The position numbers and the translations under genes were made by a program. From Bacteriovoracia bacterium (GTDB taxonomy: Bacteria; Bdellovibrionota; UBA1018; CAIPTA01), in NCBI GenBank assembly GCA_050246755.1, contig JBFWVL010000001.1, positions 576,001 to 640,000 on the forward strand: DNA of 64,000 bases, written 5' to 3'. Position 1 is the stretch's first letter. Each line of letters begins with the position of its first letter. Below, in pieces: positions 19,124-27,859 of the stretch. The notes under the pieces are model-generated. The model had not been told where the DNA came from and did not search any database. It saw nothing but the letters and a program-made list of their open reading frames with translations.

Positions 19124-20130
19124 TGCAGGCCCCCGCTGATTCCGTTACGGCGCCAAAACCGGGACTCTTCGTCCTGGCTTTGGCGTACCTATTGTTGGGA
19201 GCGGTTTTGTTCCTCTCCTACCTTCTGCAATTTCTGGGGCTCACCTTGCTCGGCTTTTTCGGCGCGATTCTCGGTTACCTGCTGCTGGCCCTGGGATTCA
19301 GGAAAAAAATCGTGACGTCCAACCTTCAGCTCGCCCTAGGGAAAGAACTCTCCGCGAGTGAGCTGCGCAGCCTCCGGAAAAAAATATTCCGGAACGTAGG
19401 CATCACCTTTCTAGAAATCGCCCGCAACTTTTCGCTAAGCTCAAAAAAAATGGCGCAGGAGCTCATCCTCACTGAGGCCGACGCCACTACCATCCGCGCC
19501 GTGCTTGCGCGCGGAAAAGGCGCGGTATTCATCAGCGGGCATCTGGGCAACTGGGAGCTCCTCGGCATGGGAATGGCGAGCAAAGGGTTTCCCGTCGCGA
19601 TCGTGGTGAAGAAAATGAATAACCCCTTCGCCCAGGTTCTCATCGAGCGGCAGAGAAAAAAAACCGGCATCGAGATCATCTATTCCGGGAACACGCTGGA
19701 GAAAATGAAGGCCACCCTGAAGCGCGGAGTGCCGATCGGTTTTATGGTGGACCAAAACATCACCGGCACCCGGGGAATACGCGCAAATTTTTTCGGCGTA
19801 CCGGCGGCCTCGATTCGCGGCCTCGCGGGGCTCGTGAAAGAAACGGGCACCCCGGTTATTCCCTTCTGCGCGGTGCGCTTGCCCAACGGCACAAATAAGC
19901 TGCGCCTTTTGCCGGAGCTGGCCTACCTCGAAGCCACGCATTTACCCGCAGGTTCTGCGGAACGCACGGCCCGGGAAGAGTGGCTTAATACCCAGCAATA
20001 CCAGCAATCCATTGAAACTCTGGTACGGGAAAATCTAGATCAGTGGCTATGGATCCACCGACGCTGGAAAACCAGCCGCGAGCCTCTCGTAGTCGAGACC
20101 GCACACTTAGAAAATTGTAAAAAAAACTAG
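19123..20130 (+). CDS. Lipid A late acyltransferase (LpxL/HtrB family)
   Basis: HLGNWE, MVDQ, FFG, QWLWIHRRWK. Confidence 0.9.
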   Translation: MQAPADSVTAPKPGLFVLALAYLLLGAVLFLSYLLQFLGLTLLGFFGAILGYLLLALGFRKKIVTSNLQLALGKELSASELRSLRKKIFRNVGITFLEIARNFSLSSKKMAQELILTEADATTIRAVLARGKGAVFISGHLGNWELLGMGMASKGFPVAIVVKKMNNPFAQVLIERQRKKTGIEIIYSGNTLEKMKATLKRGVPIGFMVDQNITGTRGIRANFFGVPAASIRGLAGLVKETGTPVIPFCAVRLPNGTNKLRLLPELAYLEATHLPAGSAERTAREEWLNTQQYQQSIETLVRENLDQWLWIHRRWKTSREPLVVETAHLENCKKN

Positions 20131-20318
20131 CGGGCGCCGGGAGTGGGGCGTTTGTAAGTGCCCTTGGCTTTTTGCTCGCAGGATTTGCAAAGAAAAACTT
20201 GCTGGCCGGTAGACTCACTGGAAACAAACCAATCGCCGTTTTTTAAAGCGCAATTCTCACGACAAAGATTGCATTTCATCTGGCCCCGCGGCGGTTTTGG
20301 GGACTGCGTAAAACTCAT
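20127..20318 (-). CDS. Small putative zinc-finger protein
   Basis: 63 aa with CNLC...CKSC. Confidence 0.55.
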   Translation of the reverse strand: MSFTQSPKPPRGQMKCNLCRENCALKNGDWFVSSESTGQQVFLCKSCEQKAKGTYKRPTPGAR

Positions 20319-20434
20319 GGTTTGCTCCGATCTGGTATCCTTTTAGGGTACCACAGGGGCCTTAGGAAGCGCTGGCTTTACGGGAAGAATCGGCTACGGA
20401 AGCAGTGTAAAAACACGAATAGCCGCCTTAAAGC

Positions 20435-22111
20435 TCAGCGCGCCAAAGGCAGCTGAACGATGAAATTAGCGCCCTGGCCCGGCATACTTTCCACGGTGAT
20501 CCGGCCCCGATGGGCACGCACGATTTCTTTGGTGATAAATAAGCCCAGGCCTAGCCCGCTGATGTTCCGGCTCGATACCGCACGCTCAAAACGCTCGAAT
20601 ACTCTCGGCAAACGATCCACGGGAATTCCCGGCCCCGAATCCTGCACGGTCAGTTCGGCGTTCTTTCCTCTTTCTTGCAAGCTGATTTTCACCGGTTTCC
20701 CGGGCGCATATTTTATACTGTTGGAAATCAGATTTACCATCACTTGCTCGAAGCGCCCCTTGTCTACTTCCGCTACCACGCGGTCTTGAATATCGAGCGT
20801 GAGGTCGCAGCCGGCTTCGCGCAGGGGATCGGCGTAGCGGCTGATCACGTCGCGCATGAGCTCCGCCAAATCCACCCTCTCGAAGTCGAACGTGATTTTC
20901 CCCGCCTGAATGCGGGAAACATCGAGCAAATCTTCGATCAAACGCGTGAGGCGATCCACTTGGGTATTCGCGATATCGAGAAACTTCACCAGGCGCTCCG
21001 GCGTAGGCGCTTGCTTCAGCTCCGGCTTCACGTTCCGGCGCGTGAGCTGGATTTGGAGCTTAAGCGAGGTCACTGGCGTCTTCAGCTCGTGGCTCGCGAT
21101 CGAGAGAAACTCGTCGCGGGCGAGAATTGCTTTCTGGGCCCGCTCGTAGAGAAAAGCATTGTCGATCGCGAGGCCCGCCCGCCGGCCGAGCTCCTCGGCG
21201 AAAAGACGGTCTTCGTAGTCGAAGCCTCTCTCTCCCGGGCCCTGGATAAAAGCGAGAATGCCCACGGTGCGCACGCGGTCGGTGATGGGTACCATCATGA
21301 AATGATGCAGGCCAATTTTCTTGGCGATCTCAAAATGATCTTCCGAAACCGATATCGTCCGCAGCTGTTCGTCGGTGATGGGAGAAAAATGCAGCGTTTG
21401 GCCTGCGTCCATCGCGGCCCGTAACCCGGCGGCGTGCATATGGTCGATGGGATTTATTTTTCCCAGCTCCGCTAATAAGGGCGTCTTGGTACGATCCCGG
21501 TGCATCGTCACTACCCGCTCGTAGGTATTCTCGTCACGCTGGATATTGACCGTGATCCAATCGCAGAATCCGGGCACCAGCAGCTTCGCGAGTTCGTGGA
21601 GGGCGTCGCGATAATTCAGCGAAGACACCAGCGCCGAGCTCGCTTCCGCAAGAATCGCCAGCCGCCGCGCGGATTTTTCTCTCTCCTGGCCCACCGTTTC
21701 TTCCCGCAGTACTTGTAAACGTCGGTCCTCGGCAATTTTCTTTTCCGTAATATCTTCGGAAATCCCCAGGAGAAAGGTGGGTTTTCCGTCTGGGCCGAAG
21801 AGGGGAATTTTTCTGGTATGGAGTATGCGATCGCCTTGGTGGGCCGTCCGGATCGATTCTTCCGGGATGTCCACAATCTCGCGCCCCCGCAGCACTGCAC
21901 GATCTTTCTCCACAAAAAAATCGGCCTGTTCTTTGGGAAAAAAATCGTAGTCGTTCTTTCCAATCATTTCGTCGCGGGGAATGCCCAATAAGTCCTGACC
22001 AGCCTTATTAAAGCGTACGAAACGGAGGCCCTCCGCTTCCTTTACGAAAACCATAAGGGGCAGATTTTCGATCAGCGAATCTAGGAATGCGCTGGATTGG
22101 TTTAGATCCAT
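20435..22111 (-). CDS. PAS-GAF sensor histidine kinase
   Basis: PAS (GKNDYDFFP), GAF, ASHELKTP, N/G1/G2 boxes. Confidence 0.93.
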   Translation of the reverse strand: MDLNQSSAFLDSLIENLPLMVFVKEAEGLRFVRFNKAGQDLLGIPRDEMIGKNDYDFFPKEQADFFVEKDRAVLRGREIVDIPEESIRTAHQGDRILHTRKIPLFGPDGKPTFLLGISEDITEKKIAEDRRLQVLREETVGQEREKSARRLAILAEASSALVSSLNYRDALHELAKLLVPGFCDWITVNIQRDENTYERVVTMHRDRTKTPLLAELGKINPIDHMHAAGLRAAMDAGQTLHFSPITDEQLRTISVSEDHFEIAKKIGLHHFMMVPITDRVRTVGILAFIQGPGERGFDYEDRLFAEELGRRAGLAIDNAFLYERAQKAILARDEFLSIASHELKTPVTSLKLQIQLTRRNVKPELKQAPTPERLVKFLDIANTQVDRLTRLIEDLLDVSRIQAGKITFDFERVDLAELMRDVISRYADPLREAGCDLTLDIQDRVVAEVDKGRFEQVMVNLISNSIKYAPGKPVKISLQERGKNAELTVQDSGPGIPVDRLPRVFERFERAVSSRNISGLGLGLFITKEIVRAHRGRITVESMPGQGANFIVQLPLAR

Positions 22112-22183
22112 ACCCCTATTTTTACCCGCGAGATCTTCAATCCGGTAGCGCCTTTATGCCCTCTAGCCCGTTGACCAGAGGCG

Positions 22184-23086
22184 TTAGCTTGCCTTGGAGC
22201 CTAGCTCTTTTTTCCAGGCATCGAGGAAAGCCGTGGAGGCCCTTCCCAGCTCCTGCCCTTTTCTCCAAACGGCAAACACCGACGCGGGCAACCGCTGGCA
22301 GTCCACGCGAATCAGTTCCCCGCTTTTCACTTCTTTTTCTACAGTATGCTTGGTGAGCAGCGCATACCCGAAGCCCCCAAGCACTAACTTCTTTTTCACT
22401 TCGTGTTGATTCACTTCCAGCCACGGCCGTTCCGTAATACCAAGCTTTCTCGAATGAAAGTGGGCGGGAAATCCTCCCGAATAATCGCTGTGGCGGGATT
22501 CCATCCTCGGCACCTGCGCCCTACGAAGATCGGCCAGCTTTAAGCCGGATTTCTTCAGCCAACGATTATTTTTCGCTATCACCACCCAGAATTCCGTCTC
22601 GAAGATTTGCCGGGATTCGAATGGTTCGGATGATTTCAGCGGGGTAAAAAAGATCCCGAGACTGCAACGGTCGTATTTCAGCTCATCTTTGATTTGGGAG
22701 GAAGTGCCCGCGAAAAGCCCCACGCGCAAACCGGGATGCCTTTCCCGGAACTCGCCCAGAAGCTGCGGCACCAGATAGAGCGCGATATTATCGGAGGCCC
22801 CGAGCGTCCACTCCCCCTCCAACTCCCGAGCCGAAGATTTCAGCCTGGCGGTAGCATGCTCGGCTTCCATGAAAATGCGGCTCGCGGACTGGAATAATAA
22901 TTCCCCGTCTTCCGTGAGCTTCATTCCCTGCCGCGTGCGGTTCAGCAGCGTCACGCCCAGATTTGCTTCGAGTAGTTTCACCATTTTACTGATGGCGGGC
23001 TGGCTCACCCGCAAGCTACGGGCGCTTTCCATAAAGCTTCCGGTGCGTGCCACTTCGTAAAAGTATTTGAGGTGAAGAAGGTTCAT
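22184..23086 (-). CDS. LysR-family transcriptional regulator
   Basis: N-terminal HTH GSFMESARSLRVSQPAIS..LE; substrate-binding domain. Confidence 0.95.
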   Translation of the reverse strand: MNLLHLKYFYEVARTGSFMESARSLRVSQPAISKMVKLLEANLGVTLLNRTRQGMKLTEDGELLFQSASRIFMEAEHATARLKSSARELEGEWTLGASDNIALYLVPQLLGEFRERHPGLRVGLFAGTSSQIKDELKYDRCSLGIFFTPLKSSEPFESRQIFETEFWVVIAKNNRWLKKSGLKLADLRRAQVPRMESRHSDYSGGFPAHFHSRKLGITERPWLEVNQHEVKKKLVLGGFGYALLTKHTVEKEVKSGELIRVDCQRLPASVFAVWRKGQELGRASTAFLDAWKKELGSKAS

Positions 23087-23099
23087 AACTTTAAGTTAT
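23085..23099. promoter_or_regulatory. LysR binding box (T-N11-A palindrome)
   Basis: ATAACT-tta-AGTTAT perfect dyad overlapping the LysR start codon; TATAAT at 23135-23140 for the divergent gene. Confidence 0.7.
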
Positions 23100-23191
23100 T
23101 TTACTTTATATGATTATGTATTTTCTATCTACCATATAATCTGCGAACTTCCGTCTGCGCCGGCGCACCAACTAAAAAACTAGAGGTGCTT

Positions 23192-23986
23192 ATGATTCGT
23201 GTATTTTTCTTTTTATTGCTTTCTTTAGCCACCCTTCGGGCCCAAGCCATGCCCTGCGAGCTGCAGTTGCTCGTAGATCGAGCCGCGGAGCTGAGCGAGG
23301 GAGGCGTTCGCCCCGTGGTGATTACCGATCTCGATGAAACTATTATCGACTCCACCTTGCGGCGCTACCAGGCCCTCCAGCAAGCGACCTTCTTCCATTG
23401 CGGAGGCTATCACCAACCCGACTGCCATCGCCTGAAGGGCCTGAACATCGAGGAGTTCCTCTCCTTGAAAAACCGTTACGATATTGAACCCCTCCTCGAC
23501 GCCATTGAATTTCCAGCGGGCCCCCTGAGAGACCAGCTCCTCAAAAGCGTGTTCCGTAGCTACCTCTCCGGCAACTTTATGGAACTGGATCAGGCCATCC
23601 CGGGCGCATCTGAGCTCATTCACGCCCTCCAGAAAGCCGGTGCCGATATCTACTACGTTTCCTCGCGGTCAGAAAAAGATCAGCTGCCGGGCACCCTCCA
23701 ATCCCTGCGCACTCTGGAGTTCCTCCAGAAGGGAGAAGAGCAGAATGTAATTTTGCGGCCCGAGCATATGAGCTCGATTGAATTCAAACGCCGTAGTTTT
23801 TTCCAAATCAACGAAAAAACCGAGCTCCTCGGCGGACAGGTGATTCTTGTTATGGAAAACGAACCCGAGAATATGAATGCCATGACCGAGATCTTCCCCG
23901 CGGCCCAAGCGATATTTGTGGACGGCGCGCACCTGAAAGACGAACCGATGCTCAAACCCGTGAAGCACCTCAAGAACTTCCGTTAG
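23192..23986 (+). CDS. Secreted HAD-superfamily (acid phosphatase-like) hydrolase
   Basis: Signal peptide; motif I TDLDETIID, motif II YVSSR, motif III K, motif IV ENEPEN. Confidence 0.75.
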   Translation: MIRVFFFLLLSLATLRAQAMPCELQLLVDRAAELSEGGVRPVVITDLDETIIDSTLRRYQALQQATFFHCGGYHQPDCHRLKGLNIEEFLSLKNRYDIEPLLDAIEFPAGPLRDQLLKSVFRSYLSGNFMELDQAIPGASELIHALQKAGADIYYVSSRSEKDQLPGTLQSLRTLEFLQKGEEQNVILRPEHMSSIEFKRRSFFQINEKTELLGGQVILVMENEPENMNAMTEIFPAAQAIFVDGAHLKDEPMLKPVKHLKNFR

Positions 23987-23994
23987 GAGAAACA

Positions 23995-24312
23995 ATGAAA
24001 CTTTTTTTAGTGCACTGTGGTTTTTACGATCCCTCCCTCTGCGATGGGCAGTATGAATCTCACGTGAATTTTTTCGTGGCGGCCACCGACGCGGAAGGTG
24101 CCAAGCGCGCCGCCAAGGCTCTCCCCGACTTCCAGATCCGCAAGATGCACATCGACGGCCTCCAAGAAGTGGAGGCCGTGGGGGGCCATACCGTGCGGCT
24201 CGCCGAAAACCCGGCTTTGGCCGGCCAAACCATTTTAAAAGGGGTGCACTTCCGGGAACTGGCATCACCAGCCAAAAACCACATTAAGTTCAATGGCATA
24301 GGAGATTCATAA
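23995..24312 (+). CDS. DUF1543-domain protein
   Basis: LFLVHCGFYD..ESHVNFFVAA..AK..HIDG. Confidence 0.75.
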   Translation: MKLFLVHCGFYDPSLCDGQYESHVNFFVAATDAEGAKRAAKALPDFQIRKMHIDGLQEVEAVGGHTVRLAENPALAGQTILKGVHFRELASPAKNHIKFNGIGDS

Positions 24313-24328
24313 TTATTTTAATCCACTA

Positions 24329-24356
24329 TTGAGTTTGGGGCACGGATAGATATAAT
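24329..24356 (+). promoter_or_regulatory. Candidate sigma70 promoter
   Basis: TTGAGT-N16-TATAAT upstream of AAGGAG RBS and ATG 24413. Confidence 0.55.
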
Positions 24357-24412
24357 GCAGCACGTTAATTTTTAAAGATAAATATCTTTTGTTTTCCCCG
24401 CAAGGAGTTTTC

Positions 24413-25555
24413 ATGCTGCGTTTATTGGTCGCCTCATTTTGCCTAATCGGCGTTCCCGCCTTTGCCGCCAACCAATATTCGCTTCCCTCCCGGGTGCTTA
24501 GCCTTCCTAGTAATTCCGATTTTCCCGCTACCTACGAAATTTCCGCGGAACTAAAACGCCAGAAAGTGGTGCTCAGCGGAGACAACGCGCGGATCGCGCA
24601 AGTGGATCTTCGCGTACGCGGTGGAACCCGTGGATCCACCGTGGGCCTCTTCGTGGGACGCTCCGTGGTGGATACCGTGACCCTGAACGACTCGAGCGAG
24701 CGCACCATCACGCTGGTGAACCGCGAAGCGAAGTCACTCATTCCTTGGATCGTGATCGTTCGTAAGGGTGAATTACAAATCTTGGAAATGCGCGTGACCC
24801 TCGAGGGCGAACAATCGGCTCCCGTGGAAGCACCGAAACCAGCTCCGGCACCAGCACCAACACCCGCACCCACACCGGTTCCAGTTCCCGCAAAACCGGT
24901 GGAAGCTCCTAAGCCTGCTCCTACCCCAATTCCTGCAAAACCTGTAGAAGCGCCCAAGCCCGTGCCTGCACCAACTCCGGCTCCTAAACCCGCACCGGCC
25001 CCACAGCCAGTTCCTGCCCCTGCAAAACCCGTAGAAGCGCCCAAGCCCGTGCCTGCACCAACTCCGGCTCCTAAACCCGCACCGGCTCCACAGCCAGTTC
25101 CTGCCCCTGCAAAACCCGTAGAAGCGCCCAAGCCCGTGCCTGCACCAACTCCGGCTCCGAAGCCAGCACCCGCAAAAATCGAAGCACCGCAACGAAGCAG
25201 TAACGGAAAATGGAAAGTTGGCCAGTCCGCCTACCTCGTGGAGTCGAGCCAGCTTAGCCGCGCTTTCCTAGGCCGCATCGTACGTATCACGAAAAGCAGC
25301 GGCGTCGTAATCGAGCTCTCGGGAAGAAAGCAAATCACCGTGTCGCAAAATTCCGGCTCGCTGGTTAGCACCAAAAGCGGCTGTCAGCGCGCCATCTGCA
25401 CCGGAGACAATGTCGTCTCCTACGATCGCTACCGTCGGATACAATTCCTTAGGGTAGTAGCCATTCAAAGCTCAAACTTGGTAGTCGTGAAATCGCTTTC
25501 CACCGGCTATACCATCGGAAACTGGCCCATCAACGCCCTACGCTTCGCTCGTTAA
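24413..25555 (+). CDS. Secreted protein with Pro/Ala/Lys-rich repeat linker between two globular domains
   Basis: Signal peptide; central PAKPVEAPKP repeats; C-terminal GCQRAICTGD domain. Confidence 0.8.
   Translation: MLRLLVASFCLIGVPAFAANQYSLPSRVLSLPSNSDFPATYEISAELKRQKVVLSGDNARIAQVDLRVRGGTRGSTVGLFVGRSVVDTVTLNDSSERTITLVNREAKSLIPWIVIVRKGELQILEMRVTLEGEQSAPVEAPKPAPAPAPTPAPTPVPVPAKPVEAPKPAPTPIPAKPVEAPKPVPAPTPAPKPAPAPQPVPAPAKPVEAPKPVPAPTPAPKPAPAPQPVPAPAKPVEAPKPVPAPTPAPKPAPAKIEAPQRSSNGKWKVGQSAYLVESSQLSRAFLGRIVRITKSSGVVIELSGRKQITVSQNSGSLVSTKSGCQRAICTGDNVVSYDRYRRIQFLRVVAIQSSNLVVVKSLSTGYTIGNWPINALRFAR
24932..25160 (+). repeat. 87-bp in-frame tandem repeat (about 2.6 near-identical copies)
   Basis: Units start with cctgcaaaa at 24932, 25019 and 25106; 29-aa unit PAKPVEAPKPVPAPTPAPKPAPAPQPVPA. 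Confidence 0.92.
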
Positions 25556-25579
25556 GCCAAGCCATAGCCCCACGGCCCC

Positions 25580-25615
25580 AGAGGCTCTTTGCTCGACAAA
25601 GGGCCTCTTTATTTT
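25580..25615 (+). terminator. Rho-independent terminator
   Basis: AGAGGCTCTTTG-ctcga-CAAAGGGCCTCT then TTATTTT. Confidence 0.8.
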
Positions 25616-25652
25616 GAGTCTTCGGGAGTGCTTGAAAGAATAGCTTTTTTTC

Positions 25653-25669
25653 TGTCTAACTTTTAGACA
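25653..25669. promoter_or_regulatory. Palindromic candidate enhancer (bEBP UAS)
   Basis: TGTCTAA-ctt-TTAGACA perfect inverted repeat about 70 bp upstream of the sigma54 -24 element. Confidence 0.6.
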
Positions 25670-25737
25670 CCTGTCCACCGCCTACCACCAATACACCCTT
25701 GGAATCCAAGATAGCCAGTTCCCGCCATTCCCATTCC

Positions 25738-25753
25738 TGGCACCGCCCTTGCT
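25738..25753 (+). promoter_or_regulatory. Sigma54 (-24/-12) promoter
   Basis: TGGCAC-cgccc-TTGCT matches the consensus TGGCAC-N5-TTGCW. Confidence 0.8.
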
Positions 25754-25804
25754 CTATCATGGTTGGCGAACCCGCCTATTTCTGACCCTTTGGAGAAACG
25801 TGCG

Positions 25805-27202
25805 ATGAAAAATTATCACCCAGCAATCTCGGCTCTGATGCTCCTAGCTTTCGCTACCTCGGCCTTTGCTGCTCCGCCCGCCGCCTCGGTAGACCCCGCT
25901 AAACTCGTGGCCGAACGGGAACAAACCGAGCTCGCGCATGACCAATACGGAAAAATTTTTGAATATTATATGGAAGTCTGCGGTGTAACCCGCTGGATGC
26001 CGAAAAAAGGCGAAGCCGGTGGTGAGTTTGGCCATACCGTAATGCACCTCAAAGGCGCTTGCCGCGACGAAAGCGTTTCCTACCCTAAATTAAAAATGTG
26101 CGGCCCTGAAGGCGGCGAAGTTTCCATCAGCATGGACTCCGATTACGGCAACGTTCAGTGGACGGCCGTATCCGATCGCAAATTCATGATGTACGGCAAC
26201 CTCGCGGCTGATGCACCCCTTACCGATAAAGAACACGAAGAAGCGATCAACGAAGCCGTTCGCCAGCGCATCTTCAGAAACGTAAAGCTTCACGCTTACC
26301 ACAATGCCCTCATTAAAAAGGGCGAAAGCTACGAACACATGGTGGCCCGTTGGTCGATCGGCACCAACTTCGCCGTGAACTTCGCCCGCTCCTCCTACTG
26401 CACACGCATTCCCCTCATCCCCAGCAAAGGCCCGAAAAATGCGATGGTGAAGAGCCTCGTGGATCATTTCAATGCGCTTAACCGCAAAGCCCTCGAAGAT
26501 GGCTTCGGTTATAACGGCATTACGAATAACTGCACCCACCTCGCGCACAATGGTCTTTCTTCGGTTGGCTTCTGGCCGGCAAAAGATGTGGGATGGCAAG
26601 AACCCGCGGGCCTCGGCTGGCTCGGATCCCACGTGAAAGAGAACGTTTCGGTTCCCTTCAATACCATGCACGACGCCCTCATGCGTGGCCTGGGCGATGA
26701 GAACACCTTCAATCCTTCCCGCCTCTCGGATGCCGAAGCGGAACGTAAAGGTTTCTATAAATTCCGCTGGATCGGCGCCCAGCCCGGCGTGACCATGGAA
26801 GTAATCCCGGTGCATTCGTATAAAAACGAGAAGTACGCCACCAATACGACGCCGTACTTGCTCGATACCTCTACCGAGCTGAAAAATCGCCTCGGCATGG
26901 GCGACGGGAAAAACGAAGCCCAGGCAATGTGGGCGCGCAATATCAAAGATATCCGCGTGCTCGATCTGAAGGCGAACTTCAAGTACTGGCAGAAAAAATA
27001 CGCGAACGATTCCCGCACTTCCTTCCCCGCCAGCAGCGGCTGGGGCGGTAACTCGTATCCCGACCTCGCTCCGGCCCTCTCTAGCTACCTGCGTAGCCAG
27101 CAGGCCGATCTCGCGAACCGCATGAAGCTTCTAGACCAAGTGCTCGCGGCCCCCGCCGAAGCGGCGCCCGACGCTAGCCCAGCGGCCGCTTCGGCCCGAT
27201 GA
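25805..27202 (+). CDS. Secreted hypothetical protein with permuted papain-like His/Cys motifs
   Basis: Signal peptide from ATG 25805 (GGAG RBS); EFGHTVMHL and YNGITNNCTH. Confidence 0.7.
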   Translation: MKNYHPAISALMLLAFATSAFAAPPAASVDPAKLVAEREQTELAHDQYGKIFEYYMEVCGVTRWMPKKGEAGGEFGHTVMHLKGACRDESVSYPKLKMCGPEGGEVSISMDSDYGNVQWTAVSDRKFMMYGNLAADAPLTDKEHEEAINEAVRQRIFRNVKLHAYHNALIKKGESYEHMVARWSIGTNFAVNFARSSYCTRIPLIPSKGPKNAMVKSLVDHFNALNRKALEDGFGYNGITNNCTHLAHNGLSSVGFWPAKDVGWQEPAGLGWLGSHVKENVSVPFNTMHDALMRGLGDENTFNPSRLSDAEAERKGFYKFRWIGAQPGVTMEVIPVHSYKNEKYATNTTPYLLDTSTELKNRLGMGDGKNEAQAMWARNIKDIRVLDLKANFKYWQKKYANDSRTSFPASSGWGGNSYPDLAPALSSYLRSQQADLANRMKLLDQVLAAPAEAAPDASPAAASAR

Positions 27203-27242
27203 ACCGAACGGAAATTTACTGAGAATTTAGGAGAAAAATTCG

Positions 27243-27848
27243 ATGAAAATGTTGATGTTGATCGCCCTGCTGATGATTCCGGGCAACTCGTTCGCCTTCA
27301 ATGATGTAGCTCCTAAAACCTTCGACCAAGGCTGGTTCGGCAACACGCCGGAAATGAAATTCGAGCAGGCCCCCGTGCCGCTCGCTACCGCCGAGCAATT
27401 CCGCGCCGCCCTCGAAGCGGTCCGCGAAGTGAATGGTAAAGAAGGCATACGTCAATCCAAGGAGGCCAGCGAAGATGGCACCGTTTGGCGCGTGCTGGAT
27501 CATGACCCCATGCAGTTCGACCTCTGGCAGAACTACCGCGTGATAGAAGTGCTAAAAACCCACAAGCGCAACTACAATACCTTCGTGGTGCGCACCCAGC
27601 TCAACGCCTACTCCGCCAAGGGTGGATGGGCCTGGAGCGCAGGGAAATTCCGCTACGTCGTGTACGTAAGAGACGACGGAAAAGTTCTCGCCGTGAAGCG
27701 AAACGAATTCAGCAACCTGATCGATTTCTACGATTGGAAGATGAATCTCCAAGAGGCCGACGCCAAAAAAGAAAAGCTGCGCCAGTCTACCGGCTACTCG
27801 CATGAAGAGTCGGATGCACAGGACCCTTCCGCAACTTCCGCCATGTAG
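27243..27848 (+). CDS. Secreted hypothetical protein
   Basis: Signal peptide MKMLMLIALL..SFA; AGGAG RBS. Confidence 0.75.
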   Translation: MKMLMLIALLMIPGNSFAFNDVAPKTFDQGWFGNTPEMKFEQAPVPLATAEQFRAALEAVREVNGKEGIRQSKEASEDGTVWRVLDHDPMQFDLWQNYRVIEVLKTHKRNYNTFVVRTQLNAYSAKGGWAWSAGKFRYVVYVRDDGKVLAVKRNEFSNLIDFYDWKMNLQEADAKKEKLRQSTGYSHEESDAQDPSATSAM

Positions 27849-27859
27849 TTTTGTGGTCC

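Noticed and set aside
24932-25160. Direct repeats as a possible CRISPR array
   Set aside because: Contiguous in-frame 87-bp units with no unique spacers; no cas genes
24532-25192. Gly/Ala-rich and Cys/Arg-rich repeat ORFs on the minus strand
   Set aside because: Mirror translations of the proline-rich repeat
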